This document shows positions 47,192 to 56,141 of a stretch of 64,000 nucleotides of DNA, piece by piece. Origin of the DNA: an uncultured Polyangiaceae bacterium. GTDB lineage: Bacteria; Myxococcota_A; Polyangia; Polyangiales; Polyangiaceae. The notes under the pieces were generated by a model. The model was not told the DNA's origin and made no database searches. It saw nothing but the letters and a program-made list of their open reading frames with translations. A program made the translations under genes and the position numbers. Positions within the stretch are counted from its first letter, which is position 1. The number at the start of each line of letters is the position of its first letter. The stretch lies in contig CAYZQO010000020.1 in the NCBI GenBank assembly GCA_964480725.1, forward strand, positions 3,401-67,400, given 5' to 3'.

Positions 47192-48505
47192 ATGCGTCTG
47201 GACATATGTATGTTTCTGGCGGGCCGCGGCACGCACCGAAGCCTCCGTGGCCTTCTCGGCGCGGCGCTCGTCGCGACGGGAAGCGCCTTCGCCGCCGCAT
47301 GCGACGTCCCCCCACCCGCGCCGGCCGGGGGGGTCCTCCTCGTCGACGAGGACCCGGGCGGCTGTGCGCGCGGCTTCGTCGTGGTCAGCTCCGACTACCA
47401 GTCGACCAGCGTCGGGCTCGTCGCGCGCGACGGGACCGTCCTCGTCCCCTCGCTGCTGTCCTCCGGGAGCGCCGCCCCGGAGCTGTCCGCCGCGCTCGGC
47501 GGCGACGTCGTCCTGCCCACCATGGCGCCCGGCGGCGACGAGCTGGTCCTCCTGGATCGCTACCCCGCCAGCGTCGTCACCTGGGTCGACCTCCGCACGG
47601 CGAAGGTGCGCGGGCAGCTCTCGGTGGCCACCGGCTTCCTCTCCAACCCGCACGACTACATCATGATGGCGCCGAACCGCGCCTACGTCACCCGGTTCGA
47701 GTCCAACGCCGCGCCGGGCTCGGAGCCCTTCGACGCGGGCGGCGATCTGCTCGAGCTCGACCCGGACCGGCTGGCCATCGTGGGGCGGATCCCGCTCGAG
47801 CCCGCCCTCGAGGGCGAGCCCGGCGTGCCGCTGCCGCGCCCGGATCGCGCAGCGTGGGTCGACGAACGGCTCCTGGTGCTCCTCGGCGGCTACTCGGCCG
47901 ATTTCGCCGTGTCCGCGGCCGCACGCCTGGTCGCGGTCGACCCGGACGCAGCGAGGATCGAAGAGACGCTGGTCCTCGATGGCGTGCACGGTTGCTCGGG
48001 GCTCGCCCTGTCCCCGGACGGGAGCGAGCTCGCCCTCGCGTGCACGGGCGAATGGGCCGGCGATGGCGTCCCGGACCTCGCCGGCTCGGCCGTGGTGCGC
48101 GTCCGGACCGCGCCCCCGCTGACCGAGCTCGGCCGCACGACGGCGACGGAGTTCGGCGAGGGGCCGATCGGGATGTCGGTGAGCTACGCGAGCCCGTCGC
48201 GCCTCGTCTTCACGACGCTGGGCCGCTTCGGCGACGCCGCGGCGCCCGCGCTGGACGATGCCCTGGTCGAGCTCGATCTCGACGACGGGACGCACCACAC
48301 CCGGCTCCGCTCGACGGGAACCCCGTTCACGCTCGGGGACGTGAGCTGCGACGCGAGCTGCGGCGTCTGCTTCGTCGCCGACGCCGGACGGGACGGCGGC
48401 GTCCTCCAGCGCCTCGTCGTCGGCGACTCTGGACTGGGAGAGCCCACCGCGATCACCCTCGCGGACGGCATCGGGCTGCCCCCACGCCACGTCGCCACGT
48501 TCTGA
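47192..48505 (+). CDS. Uncharacterised lipoprotein (beta-propeller-like), third gene of the B12-riboswitch operon
   Basis: It starts 11 nt after the receptor stop. The lipobox is TGSAFAAAC. The sequence is repetitive and beta-strand-rich (..LVLLDRY.., ..AYVTRFE.., ..LLVLLGG.., ..LALSPDGSELALAC.., ..LVFTTLG.., ..CFVADAG..), reminiscent of YncE-like propellers (inference only). Confidence 0.7.
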   Translation: MRLDICMFLAGRGTHRSLRGLLGAALVATGSAFAAACDVPPPAPAGGVLLVDEDPGGCARGFVVVSSDYQSTSVGLVARDGTVLVPSLLSSGSAAPELSAALGGDVVLPTMAPGGDELVLLDRYPASVVTWVDLRTAKVRGQLSVATGFLSNPHDYIMMAPNRAYVTRFESNAAPGSEPFDAGGDLLELDPDRLAIVGRIPLEPALEGEPGVPLPRPDRAAWVDERLLVLLGGYSADFAVSAAARLVAVDPDAARIEETLVLDGVHGCSGLALSPDGSELALACTGEWAGDGVPDLAGSAVVRVRTAPPLTELGRTTATEFGEGPIGMSVSYASPSRLVFTTLGRFGDAAAPALDDALVELDLDDGTHHTRLRSTGTPFTLGDVSCDASCGVCFVADAGRDGGVLQRLVVGDSGLGEPTAITLADGIGLPPRHVATF

Positions 48506-48616
48506 CGCGAAGCGTCGGTCGCTCGGCCTACTCCCGAACCCCAGCACCCGGCAGCACCCCCCGGCACCCGGAGCCGAATTCCAGAAACTGACGGAAGCCG
48601 TGGACGATCACGGCCC

Positions 48617-50749
48617 ATGGCAAGCCTGCGAGTCGATGCGTTCGTACTGTTCGGTGCCCTGGCGGGGGCCGCGGCGTGCAAGAGCGGGCCCGACGACGGT
48701 TGTGCGGGCACGCTCTCCTGCGACGGCACCGCCTCGATCGACGGCGGTGGATCGAGCGCGGGGGGCGAAGGCGGCACCGCCGACGAGGCTGCGAGCGGGG
48801 GTGATCCGGCCCGTGGCGGCGCCAGCGGGGGTCCGGGCGGGGCCCGGCCGGGGGACGACACCGGCGGCGCGCTCCCCAACGGTCGCGCGGGCGCCGCCCC
48901 AGGGGGCGCCGGCGGCCTCTCCGCGGAAGGACGCGCCGACGCCGGTCCGGGGAGCGCCGGCGGCCTCTTCGCGGAAGGACGCGCGGGCGCCGCCCCAGGG
49001 GGCGCCAGCGGCCTCTCCGCGGAAGGACGCGCCGGAGCGCCGCTCCCGAGCGCGGGGAGCGCGAACGACACCGGGAGCGCGGGCGACGCGGGGGGCACGG
49101 AGACCGCGAGCGATTTCGGGCCGTGCGAGGTGGATGGAGCGCTCGGGTGCGCCGAACCGGCGGGGGTGGCGGCGCTCCTCTGCCACGACGGCGCCTGGAC
49201 ACTCCGGCAGACCTGCGGCCCCACGGAGCGCTGCGACAGCGCGAGCGGGACCTGCCTCCCCATCGCCCCGGGCTGCGCCGACCTCGAGCCGGGCGCGGCC
49301 TTCTGCTCGACGGACCGGGTGCTGACCACCTGTGGGCCGGACCTCGTCACCACCGAGGACACCCCCTGCGAAGCGCGCTGCGACGAGAGCGCCCGTGCCT
49401 GTGCCGAGCCCACCTGCGGCGACGGCGTGCTGCACGACGACGAGCAGTGCGACGACGGCAACGAGGACGCCGGCGACGGCTGCACGCCCAACTGTCGGCA
49501 CGAGGCCGTTTCCCTCGCGCTCGGCAGCACGCACAGCTGCGCCCTGGGCGCGAACGGAACGGTCAAGTGCTGGGGCGGCAACAGCTCGGGACAGCTCGGC
49601 CTTGGCGACACCCAGGCTCGCGGCGACGAGCCCAGCGAGATGGGCGAAGCGCTCACCGCCGTGAACCTCGGCGAGGGGCGGCAGGCCCGGGCGCTCGCCG
49701 CCGGCTCCGCTCACACCTGCGCGCTCCTCGAAGACGGCGCGATCAAGTGCTGGGGCGCGAACACCAAGGGTCAGCTCGGCCTCGGCGACACCCAGGATCG
49801 CGGCGACGAGCCCAACGAGATGGGCGACGCCCTTCACACGGTGGAGCTCGGCGTCGGGCGCACGGCGGTCACGCTCGCGGCTGGGGGCCACAACACCTGC
49901 GCCTTGCTGGACGTGGGCACCATCGTCTGTTGGGGTGACAACGAGTACTCGCAGTGCGGCTCCTCGAGCTCGCCCGCCATCGGCGACGAGCCCAGCGAGA
50001 CGGGAGGCTCCCTCGTCCGCATCGACCCGCCCAAGCCCACGCGGTCCCTCTCCGTCGGAACCGGCCACGTGTGCGCCTTGACGACGGCCGGCGATGTGTA
50101 CTGCTGGGGCGACAACCGAGGCGGGCAGCTCGGCGTCGGCGTCGACGAGGCGCTCGACGGACCCGTCGACGAGGTGAGGGAGGGGCTCCTCGGCGTCGAT
50201 CTCGGCGCAGACCGGACCGCGATGACGGTCGGGATGGGCACCTGCAACTACGGCTACAAGTCGGACTCGGCCCCCTTCTCCTGCGCGATCCGGGACGACG
50301 GGGCGCTCCGCTGCTGGGGATACCTCGGCTTCCTCCTCGCTGACGCCAGCGAGGTCGGCAGTGAGCCGAACCAGCTGGGCGCCGCGCTCCCCACGTTCGC
50401 CCTGCCCCCAGGGCGCGCAGCGGTCGCCCTCGACGCCGGGTGCCGGCACGTCTGCGTGCTCGAGGACGACGGCGGCGTGCGCTGCTGGGGTGCGACCGAC
50501 GTGTTCGCCGGCGGGCACGATCCGGTAGCGGCGGGCATTGTCCCGGACGCCGTGCCGCTCGGCAAGGGACGCCGGGCGAATGCCCTCTCCGCCAGCGGCA
50601 GTCACACCTGCGTCCTGCTCGACGAGGGCTCGGTCAAGTGCTGGGGCCTGAACAGCTCCGGTCAGCTCGGCCTCGGGGACGTGACCGAACGGGGCAACGT
50701 CGTGACCGCGCTCGGCGACGCCCTGCCCGCGGTCCCCCTCACCTTCTGA
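48617..50749 (+). CDS. RCC1-repeat lipoprotein (7 repeats) with Gly-rich tandem repeats and one myxococcus-type Cys-rich repeat
   Basis: The lipobox is FGALAGAAAC. The Cys-rich repeat is CGDGVLHDDEQCDDGNEDAGDGCTPNC. There are seven ..CWG.N..GQLG.. blades. Confidence 0.85.
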   Translation: MASLRVDAFVLFGALAGAAACKSGPDDGCAGTLSCDGTASIDGGGSSAGGEGGTADEAASGGDPARGGASGGPGGARPGDDTGGALPNGRAGAAPGGAGGLSAEGRADAGPGSAGGLFAEGRAGAAPGGASGLSAEGRAGAPLPSAGSANDTGSAGDAGGTETASDFGPCEVDGALGCAEPAGVAALLCHDGAWTLRQTCGPTERCDSASGTCLPIAPGCADLEPGAAFCSTDRVLTTCGPDLVTTEDTPCEARCDESARACAEPTCGDGVLHDDEQCDDGNEDAGDGCTPNCRHEAVSLALGSTHSCALGANGTVKCWGGNSSGQLGLGDTQARGDEPSEMGEALTAVNLGEGRQARALAAGSAHTCALLEDGAIKCWGANTKGQLGLGDTQDRGDEPNEMGDALHTVELGVGRTAVTLAAGGHNTCALLDVGTIVCWGDNEYSQCGSSSSPAIGDEPSETGGSLVRIDPPKPTRSLSVGTGHVCALTTAGDVYCWGDNRGGQLGVGVDEALDGPVDEVREGLLGVDLGADRTAMTVGMGTCNYGYKSDSAPFSCAIRDDGALRCWGYLGFLLADASEVGSEPNQLGAALPTFALPPGRAAVALDAGCRHVCVLEDDGGVRCWGATDVFAGGHDPVAAGIVPDAVPLGKGRRANALSASGSHTCVLLDEGSVKCWGLNSSGQLGLGDVTERGNVVTALGDALPAVPLTF
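48886..49035 (+). repeat. In-frame 48-nt tandem repeat (3 copies) inside the RCC1 gene
   Basis: GCGCC(G/A)GCGGCCTCT(C/T)CGCGGAAGGACGCGC recurs at about 48905, 48953 and 49001. It encodes GGLSAEGRA(D/G)A(G/A)PG(S/G)A units. Confidence 0.7.
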
Positions 50750-50798
50750 CACGTCCGGTGTTCTCCCACGGTTTAACGCCAGGTAGGCTGCGGGCGCC

Positions 50799-51338
50799 AT
50801 GCACCGGATCGATCCCCGCGACCTCACCCTCGCCCCCTTCCGCAAGCTCGACCGGGACTGGGCGCTGCTCGTCTCCGGCTGGGAGCGGCCCAACCCCATG
50901 ACGGTGTCCTGGGGCGGCTTCGGTACCCTTTGGAACCGCCCGGTGGTGACCGTGTACGTGCGCCGCATTCGCCACACCTTCGCCTGCCTGGAGGAGTCGG
51001 GCGAGCTCACGCTCTCTTTTCTGCCCCCGGACCGGCGCGCGGCGCTGGACATCTGCGGGAACGTGTCCGGGCGCGATGAGGACAAGTGGCGCCTGTCCGG
51101 CCTCGAACCGGAGCCGAGCGAGATGATCCGGGTGCCACGGGTGAAGGGCGCGGAGCTAGCGCTCGAGGGCCGCGTGCTGGCCTCGGTGGACCTCGAGCCC
51201 GAGCGGCTCCGGGATCGGTCGGTCCTGACGCTCTACGCCGGGGACGACTGGCACCGCGCCTACTTCGCCCAGGTGCTCGCCGTCTTCACGACGGCGGCGC
51301 CGGTCGACGCCCCCGCTCAGGGAGGCGCGTCGAAGTAG
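50799..51338 (+). CDS. Flavin reductase-like (FMN-binding split-barrel) domain protein
   Basis: NPMTVSWGGFGTLWNRPVVTVYVR and GNVSGRDEDKW..SGL are typical of the Flavin_Reduct family (recognised from memory). Confidence 0.6.
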   Translation: MHRIDPRDLTLAPFRKLDRDWALLVSGWERPNPMTVSWGGFGTLWNRPVVTVYVRRIRHTFACLEESGELTLSFLPPDRRAALDICGNVSGRDEDKWRLSGLEPEPSEMIRVPRVKGAELALEGRVLASVDLEPERLRDRSVLTLYAGDDWHRAYFAQVLAVFTTAAPVDAPAQGGASK

Positions 51339-51976
51339 ATCTCGGGGATCTTGGTCCCCGCCGCGTAGCGCACGGTGAGCAGGCGAGCGCCGATGGTGGT
51401 CCACCGGTAGGCGACGGTCACTTCGAGGGAGCCGCGGATGGGCATCACCAGGCTGGCCACGCTCTTCGGCCGCGCGTAGGTCATCACCTCGCCTGCGATG
51501 ATCCCCTCGCGCTTGATCACGGCCAGATCCTGCACCGCCTCGCCGCGACAGCTCACGCGGAGCCACTCGCGGAGGAACTTGGTTTCGCAACGCAGTGGCG
51601 TGGAGTGGCGGACGTCGATCTCCTTGGGGACCGCGTCCCATTCGGCCGTGGTGGGCGGACTCGAGCGCTGCCCGATGCCGGCGAAGAGCGCTTCGGGGCC
51701 GAGGACCGGGGGTGGCGCGGCGACCGAGCTGGCGGCGGCGGCCGGGGTCGGCGGCGGGGGTGGCGGCGGCTCCTCCCGGGCGACCGAGCGCTCACGGAGG
51801 CGCTCCACCTTCGCCGCCTCGAGGCAGACGTTCGACTCGCAGAGGAAGCCATTCTTGCAGTCGCCATCCGACGAGCAATCGGCTCCGGCGCCGCCGGACT
51901 GCTTGCATGCCAGGGCCGCGAGCACGACGGCAGTAGCGGCGAGGCCCAGTCCAACCCGATCCCGATCCCGCTTCAT
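51317..51976 (-). CDS. Hypothetical lipoprotein
   Basis: The start is ATG 51976 (MKRDRDRVGLGLAATAVVLAALAC lipobox). A Cys-knot-like DCSSDGDCKNGFLCESNVC, a Pro-rich linker and a C-terminal globular domain follow. Confidence 0.6.
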   Translation of the reverse strand: MKRDRDRVGLGLAATAVVLAALACKQSGGAGADCSSDGDCKNGFLCESNVCLEAAKVERLRERSVAREEPPPPPPPTPAAAASSVAAPPPVLGPEALFAGIGQRSSPPTTAEWDAVPKEIDVRHSTPLRCETKFLREWLRVSCRGEAVQDLAVIKREGIIAGEVMTYARPKSVASLVMPIRGSLEVTVAYRWTTIGARLLTVRYAAGTKIPEIYFDAPP

Positions 51977-52067
51977 GGCGCGATCATACGGGAGACGGTC
52001 GCGGGGACGCAACGACCGGCAGCGCCGCCCGCGTGCTCGGCGCCAGTCCCCCCCCGGCGGCACTCGG

Positions 52068-52619
52068 TCAGCCGCAACTGCCGTCGAGGCAGTCCACGCC
52101 GTCGTCACAAGAGCGGTCGCAGACGCCGCAGTGCGCCGCGGTCTGGGTCACGTCGACCTCGCAGCCGTTCGCCGCCGTGCCATCACAATCGCCCCAGCCC
52201 GCCTCGCAGCGGTCGATGGAGCAATCTCCGGCAGCGCAACCGGCCACGGCGTGCTCCGGTGGGGTGCAGCGTTCGTCGCAGCTGCCGCAGTGGTCGGGGT
52301 CGTGGTAGATGTCGACCTCGCAGCCCGTCCCTTGCGGATCGTCCCCATCTTCGTCGCAGTCCGCAAAGCCCTCGCGACAGGTCGACAGGTAGCACTCGCC
52401 GCTCCGACAGATCGCCACCCCGTTGGCGAAGACGCAGGGCACGCAGTCGGCGGAGCCGCAGCCCGTCTCGGGATCGTTCAGCGAAACGCAGCGTCCGCCG
52501 CAGTCCTTGCTGCCCTCCCCGCAGCCCTCCGTGAGATCGGACGGGTCCGAGATCACGAGACAGCCCCCGGGGCCAAGCCACGCCGCGAGCGCCAGCGCGC
52601 GAGCGACCCGCCGCGCCAC
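52068..52619 (-). CDS. Cysteine-rich secreted/lipoprotein (MopE-like putative metal-binding repeats)
   Basis: GTG 52619 directly abuts the upstream stop. The signal is ALALAAWLGPGGC. Repeats of GCE(V)D....HCG.C...C......C..G.C....C..G..DCD are present. Confidence 0.65.
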   Translation of the reverse strand: MARRVARALALAAWLGPGGCLVISDPSDLTEGCGEGSKDCGGRCVSLNDPETGCGSADCVPCVFANGVAICRSGECYLSTCREGFADCDEDGDDPQGTGCEVDIYHDPDHCGSCDERCTPPEHAVAGCAAGDCSIDRCEAGWGDCDGTAANGCEVDVTQTAAHCGVCDRSCDDGVDCLDGSCG

Positions 52620-53594
52620 CTAGAACCTCCCCCGCAAGCCCACCGCCCCACCCCCGGGGACCGCGCCACCCTCGACCGTCACAGCGGCGTCACCGCGCCG
52701 CCGGTGCCACGGCTCGCCGCCGTCCAGCACCAGGACGACGGCCGCGCCCGCGGCGATCAGCGCAACACCAAAGGAGACGTCCGCGGCGCGGGCGCGGCCA
52801 CGGACCTCGCGCTCGTCGTCCGCCGTGCACAGGGGAGCGCACTGGCGGCGATGCTCGTCGCGCGTTTCGAGCGCCGAGAGGCCGAAGCCCGTGCCCACGA
52901 CGGCGCCAGCGAGCGCAGCGCCCCCGAGCCACCAGGCGAACGCGGGGGTCCGCGCAACGGGTCCCGCGGGCTCGGGCTCGGGCTCGGGCTCGAGCGCGGT
53001 CGGCGGCAACGCGGGCGGCGAGAAGTCCACCTCGACGAGGCGGTGCTTCTCACCCTCGTGCACCACAACGAACAGCTCGATCGGCCGCTCCCCGACGAGC
53101 TCGAAGCGGAAGCGGCGCGCGCCGGGGTTCACCTCGATCGCGCCGCCGTCGAGGCGCTCGCGCAGCACCGTCCCGTCGACCAGAACCCGAACCGCGACCT
53201 CGTCCCCGCGCCGCGAGCGCGCCGCCACCACCACGGTCGGGATGCTCCGCGCGACCTCCGCCTCCCAGGCAGCGCAGTCGACCCGAACGGGGCCGGGGCA
53301 TTCGGCGCTGCCACATTCGAGAAGCGCGCGCCGCGCCTCGACCAGACGCCCCTCCAGCCGGTGCTCCTGCGCCTCCCCGTGCCGCGCCACGCAGGTGCGC
53401 ACGGCGTCCGGCAGGGTCACCGCCGACCCCGCCGGCGCCGGGGTCGCCGCGGGCGCCGCCGCCGGATCCGCTGCCGGATCCGCGGGCGGGTCGGTCGCGT
53501 CGGGCGGAGCGCCGTGGGCCAGCCCTGCCACCAGGAAGGCAGCCACGACCGGGCCGATCCGCAGGAAGCCCGCCGGGGGCACGAAGAGGCTCAT
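52620..53594 (-). CDS. Membrane protein, paralogue of 37759..38787
   Basis: The start is ATG 53594 (MSLFVPPAGFLRIGPVVAAFLVAGLAHG). It has the same order of elements: Cys-containing helical region, PEGA-like beta segment, TM WWLGGAALAGAVVGTGFGL, a second hydrophobic segment, and a ..GLRGRF end. Confidence 0.6.
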   Translation of the reverse strand: MSLFVPPAGFLRIGPVVAAFLVAGLAHGAPPDATDPPADPAADPAAAPAATPAPAGSAVTLPDAVRTCVARHGEAQEHRLEGRLVEARRALLECGSAECPGPVRVDCAAWEAEVARSIPTVVVAARSRRGDEVAVRVLVDGTVLRERLDGGAIEVNPGARRFRFELVGERPIELFVVVHEGEKHRLVEVDFSPPALPPTALEPEPEPEPAGPVARTPAFAWWLGGAALAGAVVGTGFGLSALETRDEHRRQCAPLCTADDEREVRGRARAADVSFGVALIAAGAAVVLVLDGGEPWHRRRGDAAVTVEGGAVPGGGAVGLRGRF

Positions 53595-53755
53595 CGTCCC
53601 TTGGGGCAAGCAAAGCGCACCTTGCCGCCGCCGCCTATGGGTTCGTGACCGGGACTGGGCCCAGGGCAGGACCGCGGGCACCCCGACCCGTTGCCAACCT
53701 GCCGGAATCGGTGCATTTTATCCCTGTGTTCCTGTCCCGATCCGGTACCAACAAG

Positions 53756-55096
53756 GTGCACTCGGGTCGAGGAGCACGTGGGAGGGCACCCGGCACCACG
53801 CTCGGGGCGGCGCTTGGGGCTCTGGCGCTCGCAACGGCGTGCGGGGCGACTCCGCACCACGAGGACACGGTCGTGGAGGTGGTCAACTGGTGGTCGAGCG
53901 GGGGCGAACAGGAGGCGCTCGACGCGCTCATCGCCGTGCACGAGCGGCGCCACCCCGAGGCTTCCGTGGTCAACGCGGTGCACCCGGACGCGGCCGCCGC
54001 GCGCGCGCGGATCGACGACCGCATGCTCCGCCTCGCCCCGCCCGACTCGTACCAGGCCAACGTCGGGCTCGATCTATTGCGCTGGGTCCTCGTCAATGGC
54101 GTCAACGACGACGAAACCAAGCTGCGACCGCTCCACCCGGCGACGACCGCCGGGGTGAGCGACTGGAACGACGTCTTCCCCGCGGCGGTCACCGAGCGGC
54201 TCGGGGTCGGCGGGGAGGTCTACGGCGTCCCCGTCAACATCCACCGCATCAACGCGCTGCACTTCAACCAGGCCGTCCTCACGGAGCACGGGCTCGACCC
54301 ACCCGAGTCGCTCGCCGATCTCTACGCGGCGATGGACACCATCATCGCGGCCAACGCCGACCGGTCGGCGGCGGACCACGTCATCCCGCTCGCCGTGGGC
54401 GGCAAGGACACCTGGGCGGTGTCGGCGCTGCTCTTCGAGAACCTGCTGCTCGCGACGGCCGGCGTGGACTTCTACGTGAGCTACTTCCAAGGCCATGAGC
54501 CCGCCGACGCTCCGCCGATGCTGGACACGCTGGTGGAGGCCACGGCGCTGTGGACTCGGGTGCGCACCGGTGATCCCGACGTGCTCGAGCGGTCCTGGAC
54601 CGACGCCGTCGCCCTCGTCGGCACCGGGCACGCCGCCATGACGGTGATGGGCGACTGGGCCAAGGGTAGCTTCCAGGCCGCCGGTCTGGAGCCGGGGGTG
54701 GACTTCGGCACCCTCCCCTTCCCGGGATCGGCCCCGGCCTTCGTCTTCACCTCGGACGCCTTCTCCGCCCCGAAGGGGGCCGAGAACGCGGCCGCCGCCC
54801 AGGCGTGGCTCGAGACGGTCGCGTCCGCCGAGGGCCAGGCAGCGTTCAACCCGATCAAGGGCTCGATCCCGGCGCGGACGCGCGATGTGGATCTCAACAC
54901 CTACGACGAGCTCTCCCGCCAGACCATCCGCGACTTCGCGCAGGGTCCGCTGGTGCCCGCGCTGTCCGCGCTGACCCCCTCGGCGTGGGGCGATCCGATG
55001 AATGAGCGGCTCGGCGAATTCCTCGCCAGCGATCCCTTGGACGTCGACCTGATGCGGTTCAGCCTGATCAACTACTACGATCTCCTGTCGGAGTGA
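53756..55096 (+). CDS. ABC transporter extracellular solute-binding lipoprotein (family 1, sugar-type), orphan
   Basis: GTG 53756 gives the lipobox LGALALATAC. VVNWWSSGGEQEALDALI.. is typical of carbohydrate SBPs. No permease or ATPase gene is adjacent. Confidence 0.8.
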   Translation: MHSGRGARGRAPGTTLGAALGALALATACGATPHHEDTVVEVVNWWSSGGEQEALDALIAVHERRHPEASVVNAVHPDAAAARARIDDRMLRLAPPDSYQANVGLDLLRWVLVNGVNDDETKLRPLHPATTAGVSDWNDVFPAAVTERLGVGGEVYGVPVNIHRINALHFNQAVLTEHGLDPPESLADLYAAMDTIIAANADRSAADHVIPLAVGGKDTWAVSALLFENLLLATAGVDFYVSYFQGHEPADAPPMLDTLVEATALWTRVRTGDPDVLERSWTDAVALVGTGHAAMTVMGDWAKGSFQAAGLEPGVDFGTLPFPGSAPAFVFTSDAFSAPKGAENAAAAQAWLETVASAEGQAAFNPIKGSIPARTRDVDLNTYDELSRQTIRDFAQGPLVPALSALTPSAWGDPMNERLGEFLASDPLDVDLMRFSLINYYDLLSE

Positions 55097-55110
55097 CCGC
55101 CCCCCGCCGC

Positions 55111-55977
55111 TCACAGCCCGCGTAGCCACTCGGGCTTGAGCGGCAACGCGCCGCTCAGCGCGGCGTCCAGAGCGCCGAGCGCCGTCGCCCGGTCACGGGG
55201 CAGGCGCGCACGCAGCGGCAGGTGGTTCGAGGCGTGGTTCGCGTAGAAGATGCCGCGGAGCTCCACCCGTTCGATCAGGGTGCGGAGCTCGCGCAAGAGC
55301 CCCCGCGGCCCCGGGAGCACGAAGGCGCCGCGCGCCGCGTCGTCGTGGAGCGGGGTGCCCGGCACTAGCATCAAGCTGAGCGCGCCGACGTACTCGGGCT
55401 GCATCTCGGACAGCGCCCGTGCGGTGGCGAGGGCATGCTCGGCCGAACGCGCGACGCCGCCGAGGCCGAGCAACACGGTGACGAACAGCTTCATGCCGGC
55501 GGCGCGCGCGCGCTGCCCCTGCTCGACGTGCAGCCGCGCGTCGCCATACTTGTTCACGGCGCGGAGCGTCGCATCATCACCGCTCTCCAGACCCAAGTGG
55601 AGCAGCCGCAGCCCGAGGGCGCGCAGCTCCGCGAGGTCGGCGTCCGTCTTCCCGGCGATGCTGCGGGCGTTGGCGTAGCTCGCCACCCGGCTGACCGCGG
55701 GCAACTCCCGGCGGATCATCTCCAGCACCTCGACCAGCGCAGCCTGGGGCATGGCGAGCGCGTCCCCGTCGCAGAGGAAGACGCGCCCCCCCGCTGGGGC
55801 GCGCGCCGCCGCCTCGGCGATGTCGGCCGCGATCTCGTGCCGGGCCCGCACCCGGAAGCGCCGGTCCCGATACATCCCGCAGAAGCCGCAGCCGTTGTGG
55901 GAACAACCGACGGTCACCTGGAGCAGGAGACTGTCCGCCTCGCTCGGCGGCCGGAAGACGGGGCCATCTTGGCGCAT
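55111..55977 (-). CDS. Radical SAM-family protein with CX4CX2C cluster motif
   Basis: The start is ATG 55977. GPVFRPPSEADSLLLQVTVGCSHNGCGFCGMY is present, and the DNA confirms tgt tcc cac aac ggc tgc ggc ttc tgc. LCDGDAL and HLGLESGDD are also present. Confidence 0.75.
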   Translation of the reverse strand: MRQDGPVFRPPSEADSLLLQVTVGCSHNGCGFCGMYRDRRFRVRARHEIAADIAEAAARAPAGGRVFLCDGDALAMPQAALVEVLEMIRRELPAVSRVASYANARSIAGKTDADLAELRALGLRLLHLGLESGDDATLRAVNKYGDARLHVEQGQRARAAGMKLFVTVLLGLGGVARSAEHALATARALSEMQPEYVGALSLMLVPGTPLHDDAARGAFVLPGPRGLLRELRTLIERVELRGIFYANHASNHLPLRARLPRDRATALGALDAALSGALPLKPEWLRGL

Positions 55978-56127
55978 GGCAGCGGTGGGTCGGAGTCCCG
56001 CAGCATAGCACCCGGCGCGCGGCGCCCGCCCGGCGCCGCCGCGCGCCGGCGGCAGGCCTCGCCTGGCCGAAGCCGCCTGCCCGCGGGGAGCCCGGCGAGA
56101 ATTGCGCGGTTCACGCCCCAACGGTCG

Positions 56128-56133
56128 TATAAT
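56128..56133 (+). promoter_or_regulatory. Perfect TATAAT -10 hexamer 8 nt upstream of the PP2C start codon (leaderless or near-leaderless transcript)
   Basis: The sequence reads ggtcgTATAATgccccccgATG. No SD fits in the remaining space. A TTGCGC at 56102-07 is 20 nt upstream, which is suboptimal spacing. Confidence 0.35.
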
Positions 56134-56141
56134 GCCCCCCG

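Noticed and set aside
47181-47215. An AT-rich patch with the palindrome ACATATGT at the start of the third gene of the B12 operon, considered as a regulatory site.
   Set aside because: It coincides with the first codons of the lipoprotein gene (MRLDICMF). It is more simply explained as a low-structure translation-initiation region, and no partner half-site was found.
48886-49035. Regular repeats as a possible CRISPR array or minisatellite.
   Set aside because: There are only three copies, directly adjacent with no unique spacers. They are in frame within a coding region, and no cas genes are present in the window.
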